A DNA stretch of 63,709 nucleotides, counting the filler, from Rhabdomonas costata (Eukaryota): NCBI GenBank assembly GCA_019059605.1. It is 52 parts of 52 records of this genome, joined end to end, with 100 filler letters (N's around TTAATTAATTAA, not from the genome) between each part and the next. Parts side by side here need not be neighbours in the genome. Positions count along the whole stretch, not along the records: positions 12,281 to 13,405 come from JAHMHO010027236.1; positions 13,506 to 14,633 come from JAHMHO010027237.1; positions 14,734 to 15,861 come from JAHMHO010027238.1; positions 15,962 to 17,089 come from JAHMHO010027239.1; positions 17,190 to 18,317 come from JAHMHO010027240.1; positions 18,418 to 19,542 come from JAHMHO010027241.1; positions 19,643 to 20,767 come from JAHMHO010027242.1; positions 20,868 to 21,994 come from JAHMHO010027243.1; 44 more parts are not named here. One strand, given 5' to 3'. The position numbers and the translations under genes are program-made. Shown here piece by piece: positions 12,281 to 24,450 of this stretch; the stretch's first letter is position 1, and each line of letters opens with the position of its first letter. The notes beneath the pieces are model-generated. The model was not told the DNA's origin. It did no database searches and was given only the letters and a program-made list of their open reading frames with translations.

Positions 12281-13405
12281 CAGGAAACGAGTACTTTTAA
12301 CTTGCCCGCACAAACCGGGTGCCCGCGGTTCACAGTGCGCTGTACTGTCGCCAGGCCGGGCGAAACGAAACGTTACAGCGGCGGTTGCATACCGGCTGCC
12401 GTGCTTTTCGGCGTGGCTCGTGGACTCACCAAACGCCGAGCGGGAGGAGCCTTCCCGTTTCCAACCACTCCCTCACCCACATGTGCGCGGGTAGCCAAGG
12501 AGAGAGTGCTGGAAGCTTCAATGAAGACTGCCTTGTTGGCGCTCGTGAATCCGACCCCGCCCTCTTCAATTTGGCAACGCCACATCACCATGTCACAACG
12601 TTGCGTGTCAGTGAAAGGGGAAGAGGAAACAGGCCACAAAAGGGGACGGGACAAACAAACGTCCAAATCTAGAATGCAGGCGGCCCCCGTCGAAATTAAA
12701 CACCCACAAAAGCAGACGGTTGCAGAGTCTCCGCCTCCCCCCCCCCCGCCACGGTGCGGTCCTGTCGTTCCCTCCTTTTTCTCTGTTGCGTCTGTGCAAC
12801 AGCATCTTGAAGACGACCGCTGTTTCAGCAGGTCATTTTAGAAGGTGCCAGGTTAAGTTTGCGAGTTCCCCACTGACTTTGACGTTGGGTCGCCGAGGGG
12901 GAGTGACCCGCGGCCCAAGATCCTAGGCAGGAAGCTAGGCGGGCAGGGGGGGGGGCGATATTTCCTATAAAATTATACCCCTCCCCCGTTTATATTTACC
13001 TCTGTGTGAGTGCTGCGTTTGTTTGCTTTTTGGCCCTCTTCTTTTTCTTGGGAAATGATTATGAAGTTTTCTGAAGCAGATGATTCACAGTCATAGTTAC
13101 TATGACTTTTGGTCAGTGGCGAGAACCTTTTTGTTCTTGTTGGTTGCGTTCCCTTAAGAAACCTTTTCTTCCTCCTTCACCTTGGTGCGGGGGGTTCGGG
13201 AGAGTGCTTATAGACAGTTTGTAAGTACAAACAAATAACAGGGTTCGAAACTCGTTACGCCTCCAGTGCCTTGCACGGCAGGAAACGAGTACTTTTAACT
13301 TGCCCGCACAAACCGGGTGCCCGCGGTTCACAGCAGTGGGCTGTACTGCCGCCAGGCCGGGCGAAACGAAACGTTACAGCGGCGGTTGCATACCGGCTGC
13401 CGTGC
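12281..13405 (+). repeat. Near-identical ~125-nt direct repeat at both contig ends (12281-12405 and 13279-13405), period ~998 nt
   Basis: CAGGAAACGAGTACTTTTAACTTGCCCGC...ATACCGGCTGCCGTGC is present twice with a few differences. Confidence 0.95.
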
Positions 13406-14250
13406 NNNNNNNNNNNNNNNNNNNNNNNNNNNNNNNNNNNNNNNNNNNNTTAATTAATTAANNNNNNNNNNNNNNNNNNNNNNNNNNNNNNNNNNNNNNN
13501 NNNNNGTGTGTGGGGGGTCTACCAGGTGGGCCTATCTAGCCTCTTCAGCGGAACGTCACCATGGTCGGGGGCCTCTTCGGAAATTTTTTTTAGGGGGGAT
13601 AGGACCTCTTACTTCGGCCCTAAACCTCGCCCTATTCGCTGGGTGTCACTCCCGACAGGACAGGGCAGGAGACCTAACGTTGACCTCAGAACTCGAGCTA
13701 GAGAGACGGGTTGGGGCTCATATTTGGTGTGGTCTAAGATGAGTTGTTTGCGGACTCCTTCTGCCTATGCCGAGATATGGCTCCTTCAAGGTCCGTTTTT
13801 GTTTGCCCTTTTAAGGGCATTTTCGAGGAAAATTTTCACGGGCCTGGGGTTCACTTTTCGGACTTTTGGGGGCCTACATACTGAGCCTAAGCTTTCGGCC
13901 GTGCCGGCTTAGCAGACCTAAGGGAAGAGCCCAGGAGTGGGCCGGAATGCTTCGGTTTAGAGCCACTGGAGACCATTTAAGGGCCATTTTGGGGCATTTT
14001 GGGGCCCTCCCTGCCTTTACCCAGGCTTTGCAAGGGCCGTTTCTGGTCCTTTGCAGGCCTGCATACTGATAAGAGAAAGAACTGTCGGCTGGCACACCGT
14101 CCGCCAACCTGCACGGCGGTGTGCCAGCAACAATTTTTTTGATTCGGATGGGGTGCGCGTTTTTTTTGCTTCTCCGTGGTGCGCATTCCGCCGCTAGCCG
14201 GCGGGAGAACGAAACCGCGCATTTTTTTAAAAATTGTTTTCAACCCTCAG

Positions 14251-14485
14251 GAGGTAACACCGGCCGCGCTGAAAGTGATGCTGGCGTCTCCGTGGCTTCG
14301 GAAGGAAGGTTGGCTTGTGTCGGACGTCATAGGCCACTCTGTCCGCCCTTATGGGGTGGCGATGCTGATCTCCCCGCGGCTGCCGCTCGAGAGCCTGACC
14401 TTTGTGCGGCTACCCACGAAGATGGCTCGAATGGGGCTTGTGGCAAGCTTCCGCGACGCTGCCTCCTCCCGGCAAATTATTCTTG
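14251..14485 (+). CDS. Exon of an EEP-superfamily (TDP2-like) endonuclease/phosphodiesterase
   Basis: cag|EVTPAALKVMLASPWLRKEGWLVSDVIGHSVRPYGVAMLISPRLP...LPTKMARMGLVA. The (Q)EVT, PYGV and LPT.M.R motifs match. Confidence 0.65.
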
Positions 14486-15387
14486 GGATGCCGATGCTGC
14501 GGAATTGAAATCTTGATCTTAAGGCATAGGTTTACGGCAAGCATACCAACTGCTTTTCAACTAATGTTACAATCGCGGTTGCTAAGAATAATTTGCCGGG
14601 AGGAGGCAGCGTCGCGGAAGCTTACCACAACACNNNNNNNNNNNNNNNNNNNNNNNNNNNNNNNNNNNNNNNNNNNNTTAATTAATTAANNNNNNNNNNN
14701 NNNNNNNNNNNNNNNNNNNNNNNNNNNNNNNNNTGTGGTGTTTAAAATTTAAAAGGGAGCGGCTTGGCCACTTGGACATTCGCACCCACCCTCGTCGGAG
14801 GGCTTGAGCCAGCAATATGGAGGGAACCCCCCCCATAAAGTTGGATCACTTGCACACAAAAATTCAAGTCCGGATGCCGTTCAGGCGCCGTTCTTAGGGC
14901 ACGAAAGCACGAAAGAAAATGAAGAAACGATATCGCAGTGATCGCGCGCCATTGGTCGCAATCGGTCAACATTGGCCATCGTTTTCGTCGTACCCCCTCC
15001 TCCGGATGAAGAATTAAAAGGGTCTCCCATTTCCTGCATGCTCTTTTTGTCACAATGATCTCGTTTTCTTTGCCTCCGGCACCGTCCTTTAATACCCATA
15101 GCTCTTCAGAATTTCGGGATGCAAAGCTCCACCTTTCTGGCTCTTCAGGCTAATCCCTTCTCATCTACCCATTATGCACTCCAGATGAACTGTCCAGGGG
15201 CATTGTAAGTCCCGGCTGGACAGAATTAGAATCATCCCCCTCGGCTGCGCCCTGAGAACAGAGAAGCCAAGGTTGAACATCAGCATGCATAATGGACCGG
15301 ACGTTTGGCGGGTCACGGCTATGAAAAAAAAAACGCGAAATGAAAATCATCAAACAAGGACACCGAGTGAGCATGTCAGCCAAATAC

Positions 15388-15502
15388 CACAACTCCGAGG
15401 CTTGCAGCTGGTGTGGCACTGCTCTCCGTCGTGGGTGGAGAAGTTGGCGTCTCGGATTACCTTTCCGCAGATGCCACACAGGAAGCACTCCGGGTGCCAT
15501 TT
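15388..15502 (-). CDS. LIM-domain exon
   Basis: cag|KWHPECFLCGICGKVIRDANFSTHDGEQCHTSC matches the LIM pattern WH..CF.C..C. Confidence 0.8.
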
Positions 15503-16555
15503 CTGTGAAGCCAACCGCAAAGCAACAAAATTGAATGGGGGACGGTTTTCCTCACTCCATAGAGCTGGAAAGAAATGCAAGTTGGCACGGAACGATGGTC
15601 TGTTGGCAGGCCTGGGGTCTTTTGTATGTACAGCATGCCTCCCAAAATGCTGCGTGGCCGGTCCTTGGGGTCAGGAGATGGCGAGGCCAACGCAATGCAA
15701 AAAGTGCGAAAAGTGCAAAAAAAAAAAAAGTGCATTTGATACCATATTTTTTGGAAGGGTCGAAAACACAAAATATCTATGCAAATATAATCTTGCATCC
15801 AGCACTATTTCGCAGATACCCCACCCACTCTTTAAACCCCACACACCAAACACACCAACACNNNNNNNNNNNNNNNNNNNNNNNNNNNNNNNNNNNNNNN
15901 NNNNNTTAATTAATTAANNNNNNNNNNNNNNNNNNNNNNNNNNNNNNNNNNNNNNNNNNNNGTTGGTGTGGAGCTCAGTGTCGTTTGTCTCGTGTGTGTT
16001 GCTTCCCTTGGGGGAGAAAGTTGGAGGTTGGTGTGGTTCCTCGCGGCCTTCGCTCCCTGTGGACTTTTTGTGGGTTCAGGAAGAGGCTGGGCGGAGGCAG
16101 CTGCTTTCACAGTGGGCTGAGTGGTTGGAGGAGTGGGTCAGCACCTTCCGGACATACTTTTGGGGAACCCTGGCCGACAACAACCCGTCCAAGCAAATTG
16201 GGGTGGACATTCGTGTATACCGGTGTGCGCGTGTTCCGATCGCCGCCCTTCCCTTAGCCGCCACAGCATCTTGCACCCAACTTTGTTCGTTCATGCATCT
16301 GCACTAACTGGGGGTTCGAACTTCATTTTTCCGCAACCTCACCCCACCTTCAAAATGGTGGACCTATGGATAGCAATGCTGAAGGCCGAGCAGTTTGGAG
16401 TTTGAAGTGCACTTGGTGAGGTTCGAGTCTCCCTCCCAAAATGTAGCAAAGCAGTGCGTTTTTTTCCAGAAATGTCAGGGGATGCATACGGCATGACTCC
16501 CCACACACAAATCCCTCTGTAAACTGACACTTATTCTATACTTTTGCTGGTTCAG

Positions 16556-16651
16556 GCAAAACGACACCTCGGTCATCGTCTTCCGGGGGTCCTTTTCCGA
16601 TTCTGATTATGACAACGACCTTTTGATGTACACAGACTTTATTATCTACCG
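16556..16651 (+). CDS. Exon of a class 3 lipase-like hydrolase
   Basis: AG/GT-bounded QNDTSVIVFRGSFSDSDYDNDL matches the Lipase_3 motif V.FRG(T/S)....D...DL. Confidence 0.55.
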
Positions 16652-17606
16652 GTTTGTCATCTCGCATAGTTTTTGTGAAATCCGGTTTGCAACGCAAGGG
16701 TTGAAATTCTTCCCGTGTAACTTGAAAGTTTGCTTTCTCTCTCTATCTTTCTCACCAATAGCTCTGTGTTGGGGGACTCGGTCTTTTAAAGGTTTCCCCC
16801 CTTTTGCTCGATGCAACAACAGCTCGTAATTTTTGTTCTCTTGGGTGCTTTTGGTATTTATTGCAATATATGCACGTGCTGTCAGTGTTGGTGCCTCTGC
16901 GGGTGTTTTTGTGCCCGTCTCTCGTGACACCCTTCTCCTTGCATGCTTTCACTCACTCTAAGATGGAGAGAAGCGATTATCAACTCCTATCAGTCCTACT
17001 TCAAGCAGCAGGTCACAGGTTCGATGAGCTCCAGGGGCAGTGGCGCCACAGAGTGGTCCGCGAGTGTTATTCGCACATCACACACAAAANNNNNNNNNNN
17101 NNNNNNNNNNNNNNNNNNNNNNNNNNNNNNNNNTTAATTAATTAANNNNNNNNNNNNNNNNNNNNNNNNNNNNNNNNNNNNNNNNNNNNTTCCTATCTTA
17201 TTTTCGGGGCTGTGCTGTGTCACAGATATGCGAGAAGGTGGATGCATGCAAGGTGTGAAACTTTCTCCATTTTTCTGGAACTGGGTGGTTTGTTCTCTAG
17301 CGTTTTGTGGGTTTACATTCCCCAGCTTTTTCCAAACGGGGTAAGGACATCCCCCAGCTTTTTCCAAACGAGGTTTGCTGCCGCTGTGGAAGTACTTAAC
17401 AAGGTACTCATTACATTGGCCTATGTCAGTGCATCTGTGCGTCTGTGTTGATGTTATTTTGGTCATACGGAATTTAGAATTTTTGAAATGGCAAATGCCT
17501 TCGGAATGTCTCCGCCCCTTAACTTGTTCCAAGTAAAAAAGTGTCACCACCATCTCGTTCCCTTTTTATGATATCTGGGAGCGGGTAAATCCTGTTTTCG
17601 CCACAG

Positions 17607-18193
17607 AAAGCTGGGAAAAAGGTTTTCCCACCGGAGGATCAGATCTTCTCTGCACTCAACCACACCCCTTTCAAGGACATTCGAGCCGTAATTCTGGGCC
17701 AAGGTCTGTTCACTCCAAAGGAGGAAAAGAGGCACACATATTGGTTTCTATCCGCCACCCCCTATCCCCCTGTGAGCAGAAAGAAACTGTTGGAACCCAA
17801 AGGCTGTCTTTTCTCAGATCAGAATCAGAGGTCACTTTCAGGCAGGAACGCTCTTCGCGCATGCTTGCTTGACCCCAACATGACTGCTCTGTGTGTGTAT
17901 ATCTGCAGTTGACACGTCCTTTGTCTTAGATCCGTATCACGACGACCATCAAGCACACGGGCTGTGCTTCTCCGTCAACCGCGGGATTCCGGTGCCCCCG
18001 AGCTTGAAAAACATGTACGCTGAGCTCGAGCAGGACATCCCGGGCTTCAAGACTCCCACCCACGGTATCGTTTTCAGTTCAGGGTGGTTTATAAGGGGTG
18101 CCATTACTCCAAAACGCACACATGTTGTGGTGCCTTTTCTCTCAACCCAGGGAATCTCGAGGCCTGGGCTAAGCAGGGTGTCCTTCTACTCAA
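17607..18193 (+). CDS. ung: Family-1 uracil-DNA glycosylase, exons 17607-17703, 17930-18064 and 18151-~18193
   Basis: Spliced product [31 protein letters not shown]...QAHGLCFSV...[11 protein letters not shown]...[15 protein letters not shown]. The catalytic GQDPYH motif is split by a GT-AG intron. Confidence 0.97.
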
Positions 18194-18417
18194 AGCCGCC
18201 CCACAGCAGAAACACCACACCAGAGCGGTTGGTACTGATCAGCCTGCAAGCCCCCCCATAAAAACAACAACAATGAACACATCCATTGGTGCCATTATTA
18301 AGCTACAATTCACACACNNNNNNNNNNNNNNNNNNNNNNNNNNNNNNNNNNNNNNNNNNNNTTAATTAATTAANNNNNNNNNNNNNNNNNNNNNNNNNNN
18401 NNNNNNNNNNNNNNNNN

Positions 18418-18700
18418 TCCCCCCTGGGCTCCCACCTTTCGATGGGGCATGGGCCCATCGGGCCTCACACCCTTGTCAGCCCATGGTACCTTGTCCCGCT
18501 GTCTTGTCACGTAGGGTTGGTTTACCCCATGTGACCCCCGATCCGCAGTGTACGCGGGGCCTTGGGACTGGCGCGTTTAGAGATCTCTTTGTGGGCACCC
18601 AACCTTCCGCGCTCGTACACTTCTCTTTGGGCGCTATTGCCCTTCCTCCCACTCCGGGCTTAGGCCGCTTTCTTCGCCACACACACGCAAACACACACAG
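18418..18700 (+). repeat. Dispersed repeat family B ending in a (CA)n tract
   Basis: TCGATGGGGCA..CCCATCGGGCCTCAC and GCGGGGCCTTGGGA..CTGGCGCGTTT are shared with 42650-42847. GGTTGG.T.ACCCCATGTGACC is shared with 1915-1940. Confidence 0.75.
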
Positions 18701-18757
18701 GGGCCCAGTGCACTGCAAAAAGGTCCTACAAAACAGCGAGAGGGCTCCGGGTCAAAC

Positions 18758-19462
18758 CTGCTCGACTTCTACAACGATCTGCGATTGCTCAGCCAGAAGA
18801 CCGTCCGACGCAAACTTCGGGTACATCGCCATCACAAGCCGATGAAAGCTCTGCCGCTGCTGCTCCACGGCCTGCTTGCCCTTCTCCCACGACTCCTCCA
18901 GCGAGTTCAGCATGTGCCGTGAGGACAGCACCAGCACAGCGATCCCTAGCGCAGTGATGCCCACCGCCGTGAACAGCACAATCAGCAGGTTTACGATGAG
19001 AGGACGCATCACTTCACTGCGACTGATCTTCAGCACCAGGCCGACATTCAGCTACACACAAAAACGCAAGGAAGAAGAACACTTTCATTCCAAGAGGAGG
19101 AGGAAAGCAAGAATACGTCAGGCGGAAGGAAAGCGAAACCTCATGGGAAAATGTATACGCGGAGTAAGTAGCGTCCCCGTTGTAGTCCGTGTCAAGCTCG
19201 ATCCCGGTTTCCCCGCGAAGAGCCTTCGGCATTGCCGAAGCGGTGTCACCGCCGTACACGCACTGAGTGGAGTTTCCCGCACTGCAGTTCTTCGAAATCT
19301 CGGGAAGGTCGGACAGGAACTGCACTGAAGAGGAGGAGTACGCTCGCCCCAACATCAGCTCCAGGCTGGAATCATCGTTACTGTTCTGAGCATCCACATA
19401 GTCCTTGGTTTGCTGGAGACTCCGCTGCACAATCGCATCATCATCTGACTTGTAGATCAATC
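18758..19462 (-). CDS. Receptor-type nucleotide cyclase fragment: Cache-like sensor, TM helix and coiled coil (exons 19462-19140 and 19051-18758)
   Basis: M..ALRGETG...DYNGDATYSAY..|LNVGLVLKISRSEVMRP (Cache-like), then a hydrophobic helix, then RLVMAMYPKFASDGLL (pre-cyclase helix). GT-AG intron between exons. Confidence 0.6.
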
Positions 19463-20871
19463 CTGAAAATAGGAAAGAATTTTGACATCTGCTCATAAGA
19501 AAGTTCATCAAAACTGAAACGCTCAATTTTACAAAAAAAACCNNNNNNNNNNNNNNNNNNNNNNNNNNNNNNNNNNNNNNNNNNNNTTAATTAATTAANN
19601 NNNNNNNNNNNNNNNNNNNNNNNNNNNNNNNNNNNNNNNNNNAAGGAAGGAAGCTATCTCCCCACTTGATCGGCGTCACCCTCACCCCCTGAGAACGTGA
19701 ATGAGACCACTGGGACAGCACTGAAGCGAGCGCGAGCAGCGAAGCAAAACTTTGGGCAGCGTTCTGAACAAAAACAGCCAAACCTTTGCGCTGAACACAC
19801 AAGACTGCCTCGGTGAAAACACCTCAACTGAACGTTAGAAGAAGGAAAGAACGCGAAAGTCGAATCCAGAAAATTCTAAAGCAAAGCGAAACACCAGCAC
19901 AACAGGGGAGCGGAGGATCCAACCCACGGCACCTCGCCTGCTCGGATGCACGGGTGTGATTCTACTCCGAGGTCTCACGAAAACAGGTCCGACCCCAGAT
20001 GCGTGCCTTTTTTTGTCAGCACTCGTCTGACTGAAGAGGTAAAACCACCAACTTCCAAGGGCAAAGGATGATCAGGATGGCGAAAGAACGAAAGAACAAC
20101 AAGCTGGGACCCTGGCTTTCTCTCTCAATGCAAAATGCAAAAATAAAAGAGAGAGTAGCACTGCGATGCAGACCAATCGTCGAGCCATGACTTGGGCTAA
20201 ATCCCTTCATCGTACTCTTTCTTTCGAGACTTTTTAATAAACAAAAGGAACCGGAGGAAAAGGGAAACACGCCAGGCAGAGAAACAAGCCCGCCGTGCAA
20301 AAATAAACGAGAAAAGCAAGGCCGCTGGACTTGAAAAAAAAACTAAGCACACAACATCCACGATCATTCGGATGCAGAACCCATCCCATACGGGCTCCAA
20401 AACACAACGCCGCAGTCAAGCGCGTCCGTTTGCCAACATCCCGCTTCCAGTCCTCCTCACTCTCCCCATAGTGCACATATCGGTGGCGGTAATGGTACGG
20501 TGGTTCGAAGCCCGTGCCCCCTGCTTTGCTCTCTCTCTCTCCTCACCCGTATCAGCATACGCCCCCACAAGGACTGCTGTTGTCCCGTCCACATGGTCCA
20601 CATGGGCACCATTCACTCCTCTCTCTCAACCTTCCATCAATTCCAAGCGATACGCTAACAGTGGGAGAAGGCTGCTCACTCCCCACCGGAGGAGAGCGAG
20701 TGGCCAGCGATCCCCCCTCGCCTTCCTCGGGGCCCTCGCTGCTGGTGTCCTCTCCGTCCTCCCCCACNNNNNNNNNNNNNNNNNNNNNNNNNNNNNNNNN
20801 NNNNNNNNNNNTTAATTAATTAANNNNNNNNNNNNNNNNNNNNNNNNNNNNNNNNNNNNNNNNNNNNGGTG

Positions 20872-21032
20872 GTGGTTAAGATCAGATAATCAGAATCCGG
20901 AGGGCGTGCTATCACAAACTAAAAAAGATGATTGGCAGTAGTCGACGAGAACACGGCGCGACAGACTGCCAATCATCTTTTTTAGTTTGTGATAGCACGC
21001 CCTCCGGATTCTGATTATCTGATCTTAACCAC
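20872..21032. repeat. Perfect ~68-bp inverted repeat at the contig start (probable amplification fold-back)
   Basis: 20872-20939 is the reverse complement of 20965-21032. Confidence 0.9.
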
Positions 21033-24000
21033 GTACCCTCCCACCTACTATAGCACCTCCTTAAGCATCAACTTTCCAGTTTGAGGGCATCACCCCTTCC
21101 CGCCACAAGCCTTGTGCTGATTTTGCTTTTCTTTCCGCACTGATGCGACAAAAAAAAGCAAGCCGAAATGTTCAGGTTTCGTAAATATAAAATAAATGAT
21201 TACTGCAGCCAGCTCCCCTGTGAAACAACCCCGTCAGCTCATAAAATTACAAGCCCCCTAACTTGAGAAAGACCCTTTCATAACAAGGCGATCTATATGA
21301 GAAAAAAAGGTGTGCACACCTGTGGCAAAGTGTAACTCGAGCACAAGAAAGGTTCTGTGGAGGAACGGGGCGCGGGTTGCCAGGCCACCAGCACCCCTTC
21401 CTCTGAAGTGCCGCGGCGGAGCACCAGCCCAGGGCTACAGGGCAACCAGCCTTCCACCTTTCAGTGGGTGACGTGTATTTTGAGTGCACGGCGCACTGAC
21501 TGATGCGGAGGTGAGGGCCAATTGTCTTCTGCGCTAGTGACCTGAGCACAGTCGGCTTTGGTGCAAGGCACATCCGCTGCTCAGTGGCCACAAAACGGTC
21601 AACCCCGCATCCCCAAAGTCCTCTGACTGGATTACGACAACTCTAACGTCTTCACTTGGAAATGCTGTGTGAACCAATATCGGGAAAAAAACTTCCGCCC
21701 AACACATCGTCTCCACTTTCACAGCCACCGCCAACAACCATACCCGAAACCGGGGACTTCTCTCGAAGAAGCTTAGCAACGGTATAAAAGGAAAAGATAG
21801 CAACTGACTAGCCCCCCCACAAGAAAGTCCGAGGTAAAACATGAAAGTAAGGCAGAAAGACAAACCGCTGTAAGGACCACTAAGCAACCCCGCTCACTTG
21901 ATCACAAACATTACAATATAACTCTCCTCTGATTCCACTCTCACCATGGGCACACCTGCGCCTTCACGGCCTCTGTGACCAGCACGGGCGCTCCNNNNNN
22001 NNNNNNNNNNNNNNNNNNNNNNNNNNNNNNNNNNNNNNTTAATTAATTAANNNNNNNNNNNNNNNNNNNNNNNNNNNNNNNNNNNNNNNNNNNNCCGGCC
22101 AGAAGGTCCACGGGGGAGAGCAGGTGCGGGCCAGTGGGGTCGTCGTGGTTCCCGTGCAGGGTGAACACTGGCAGGGCGACGTTCAGGTTGGGGTCCTCGA
22201 AGTTGGCGCACCCAAACTTCGACGCAAGAGACTTCGTCTGCGATTAGGAAAGGGGGAAACGAGGCTTCCCGCCAGACGGTAAACGTTGCTGATTCTGATA
22301 GAGATTTCTTCATCGCGCTCACCTTTGCTCAATGGAAACCGGGTGTGGGTTTCAAGTGCACAGAATGGGAATCGACTGAGTTCTCCTTCCCTCCTTTCAA
22401 GGGGAGGACTTGGTCTAAATGTCCAGGACCTCAATGACGCCGCTTGCCCGCTCCCTCTGATATGGCAGTGATGCGACTTGGGGAGGCTCCCGTGTGGTCC
22501 GTCAGTTCCCCAGTCACTACTACGTACTCAGCAGATGATGCCTCTCCCTTTTTCTTACTCCCTTTTATTCTCTTACTCCCATTTACCACTCACCCTTTTT
22601 CGGTTCACGACATCCTTTCTATGCCCTGCAGCTTAAGAACATCTCACTGACAAACACCAATCACGGAAAGAGCTCCTCACTGGCTCTCGCAACAAACGGA
22701 AAAACAAGCATTGCACCACGCCCGACATCTGTCTCCGGGGCGAATGCGTTTCACAGTGGGCTGTGCTGCGGTGTGATGCTGTAGTTTGTGCAGGAAGACC
22801 CGGTCGCCGTGGACAACAAAGCGGATGTCCCGGTCCCCCATGCAGTATTCCCGCAGCAGCTCCATCGTCTTGTGCAGGGTAAACTGCGAGGGCTTGTTCT
22901 CGTGGAAGACTAGGTAGGTAGACGGTAGGCGGCAGGGAGTGAGGGAACAGGGGATCATTGCAACGATGGAGAGGGGACCGCGGCTACCTTTTTCCGGAAA
23001 CTTTTTTCTTAGGAGTTGCGCCCCGAAACTCAATGAAACGTATGTGACCCAACATACTTGCCACCCTCTTCAACAGGATGATGATATGATTTCGGGATTC
23101 TCCATTTTCGGTCGCACCCGTGTCCACGGAAGGTCTGGCTTTGTGTTGCTAAGCCCCGCAGGCGCGAGTTTTCTGCTCGGTGAGCATAAAAAAGTCGAAA
23201 AAAAACAACAACAATTCCTTCNNNNNNNNNNNNNNNNNNNNNNNNNNNNNNNNNNNNNNNNNNNNTTAATTAATTAANNNNNNNNNNNNNNNNNNNNNNN
23301 NNNNNNNNNNNNNNNNNNNNNGTGGGGTTGGAGTCTAGTCTCTTTGTAGTTGAGGTGGTGGTGGGGCTTCTTAAAAGGTTAGCTGTGTACACGTTTATTT
23401 TTTTTTCGACCTATTCTACAATTATGTGGATCTGTAAGAGCAGTGTGCATTGCAAAAGATTCATTCTGAGGTGGTTGACACCCGTGCCCTGAAATAGAAA
23501 TATCGACCAGCAATCCGAATTCTGATAATATACAAAACCAGAGATGGTTGATGTTTCCTCCCACCAAAATGCAGTTGTCTCAAAGAACTGATCCTATGCA
23601 AACGGGTGCAACGTTTGTTCCTTCTTTAAATATGGCTGTGGGGTCGGTTTGGTCTCCTCCGCTTCTCTGATTTAGGGGAAGAGGAGCTGAAGTGGGGTTC
23701 TGCCCCCACCTCGGCCCCGGTGGCGGGTCCCGGCAGCAAAAGATCGCGGTCCAAGTCCGCGGCCGCGGCGTCCTCCACGGCACACCTCTCCGCCCGTGAG
23801 GGCAGCGAGTGCAGCAGTGTGGCCTCCTCCGTGGGACAGGTTTTGGTCCCTGGCAGCCACAAAGTGGTGAAACGAGGGGTATGTATGTGAGAGCCGACAC
23901 TGATGCTCGCTTGGTACGTTGTAGTTCGTGAGCGCCCGTTTCAGCACTTGTCCGGCGGTGAACCATTGCCTGCGCGTGCCTCTTGGTGAACAGTCAATTT

Positions 24001-24199
24001 TTTTATTCTTAGGATTTTCGAGAAGAGGTCAGAGCTTTGCGTGCGCTGGAGGTTACCTCTCAACCACAGCTTGCACTCAAATGTTATAGCACCAGGGGAC
24101 TAGGGACACGTATGAAGATGGGCCATAGGTAAGGAGCCAAGATCGGCACCATCATCTGGATGACCATTGGAAACAGACGCACACACACGTAGACACATA

Positions 24200-24450
24200 G
24201 CCGCTGGAAAAGAGCAGCTGCGCGACAATGGCCCGGGACCCGCGGGGCTGCAGGGAGGTTACCAGATGTGGATGTGGTTCGGCGGTGAGCCGGTTTCGGT
24301 CCCCCACGGCACCGTTCGCTCCAACGGCACCTCTCGCGAGCACCCGTGGCCAACAGCGCGTGCGCCAGTCAGTCCCCAGTGGTCACCACCAACCAAGCAA
24401 CCAGTCACCCAGGCAACAGCCAGCGCGCAATGCGCCCAACACACACACAC
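24200..24450 (+). repeat. Repeat family A copy (3' part) flanked by CA-rich tracts
   Basis: Colinear with 37232-37472 through to the terminal CCCAACACACACA. Confidence 0.9.

Noticed and set aside
12844-12945. Similarity to the trypanosomatid L1Tc/ingi Pr77 HDV-like ribozyme (GGTGCCAGG, AGGAAGCTA.GCG)
   Set aside because: Only short words match. The P3/L3 core and P1 pairing cannot be formed.
13050-13115. Box C/D snoRNA (ATGATT..CTGA..ATGATT)
   Set aside because: The C boxes are degenerate, there is no terminal D box, and no rRNA guide is recognisable.
16410-16440. GGTTCGAGTC as a tRNA T-loop
   Set aside because: The T-stem does not pair and no cloverleaf can be built upstream.
20872-21032. 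Long hairpin as a pre-miRNA or MITE
   Set aside because: The arms are perfectly identical and start exactly at the contig tip, like other amplification fold-backs.
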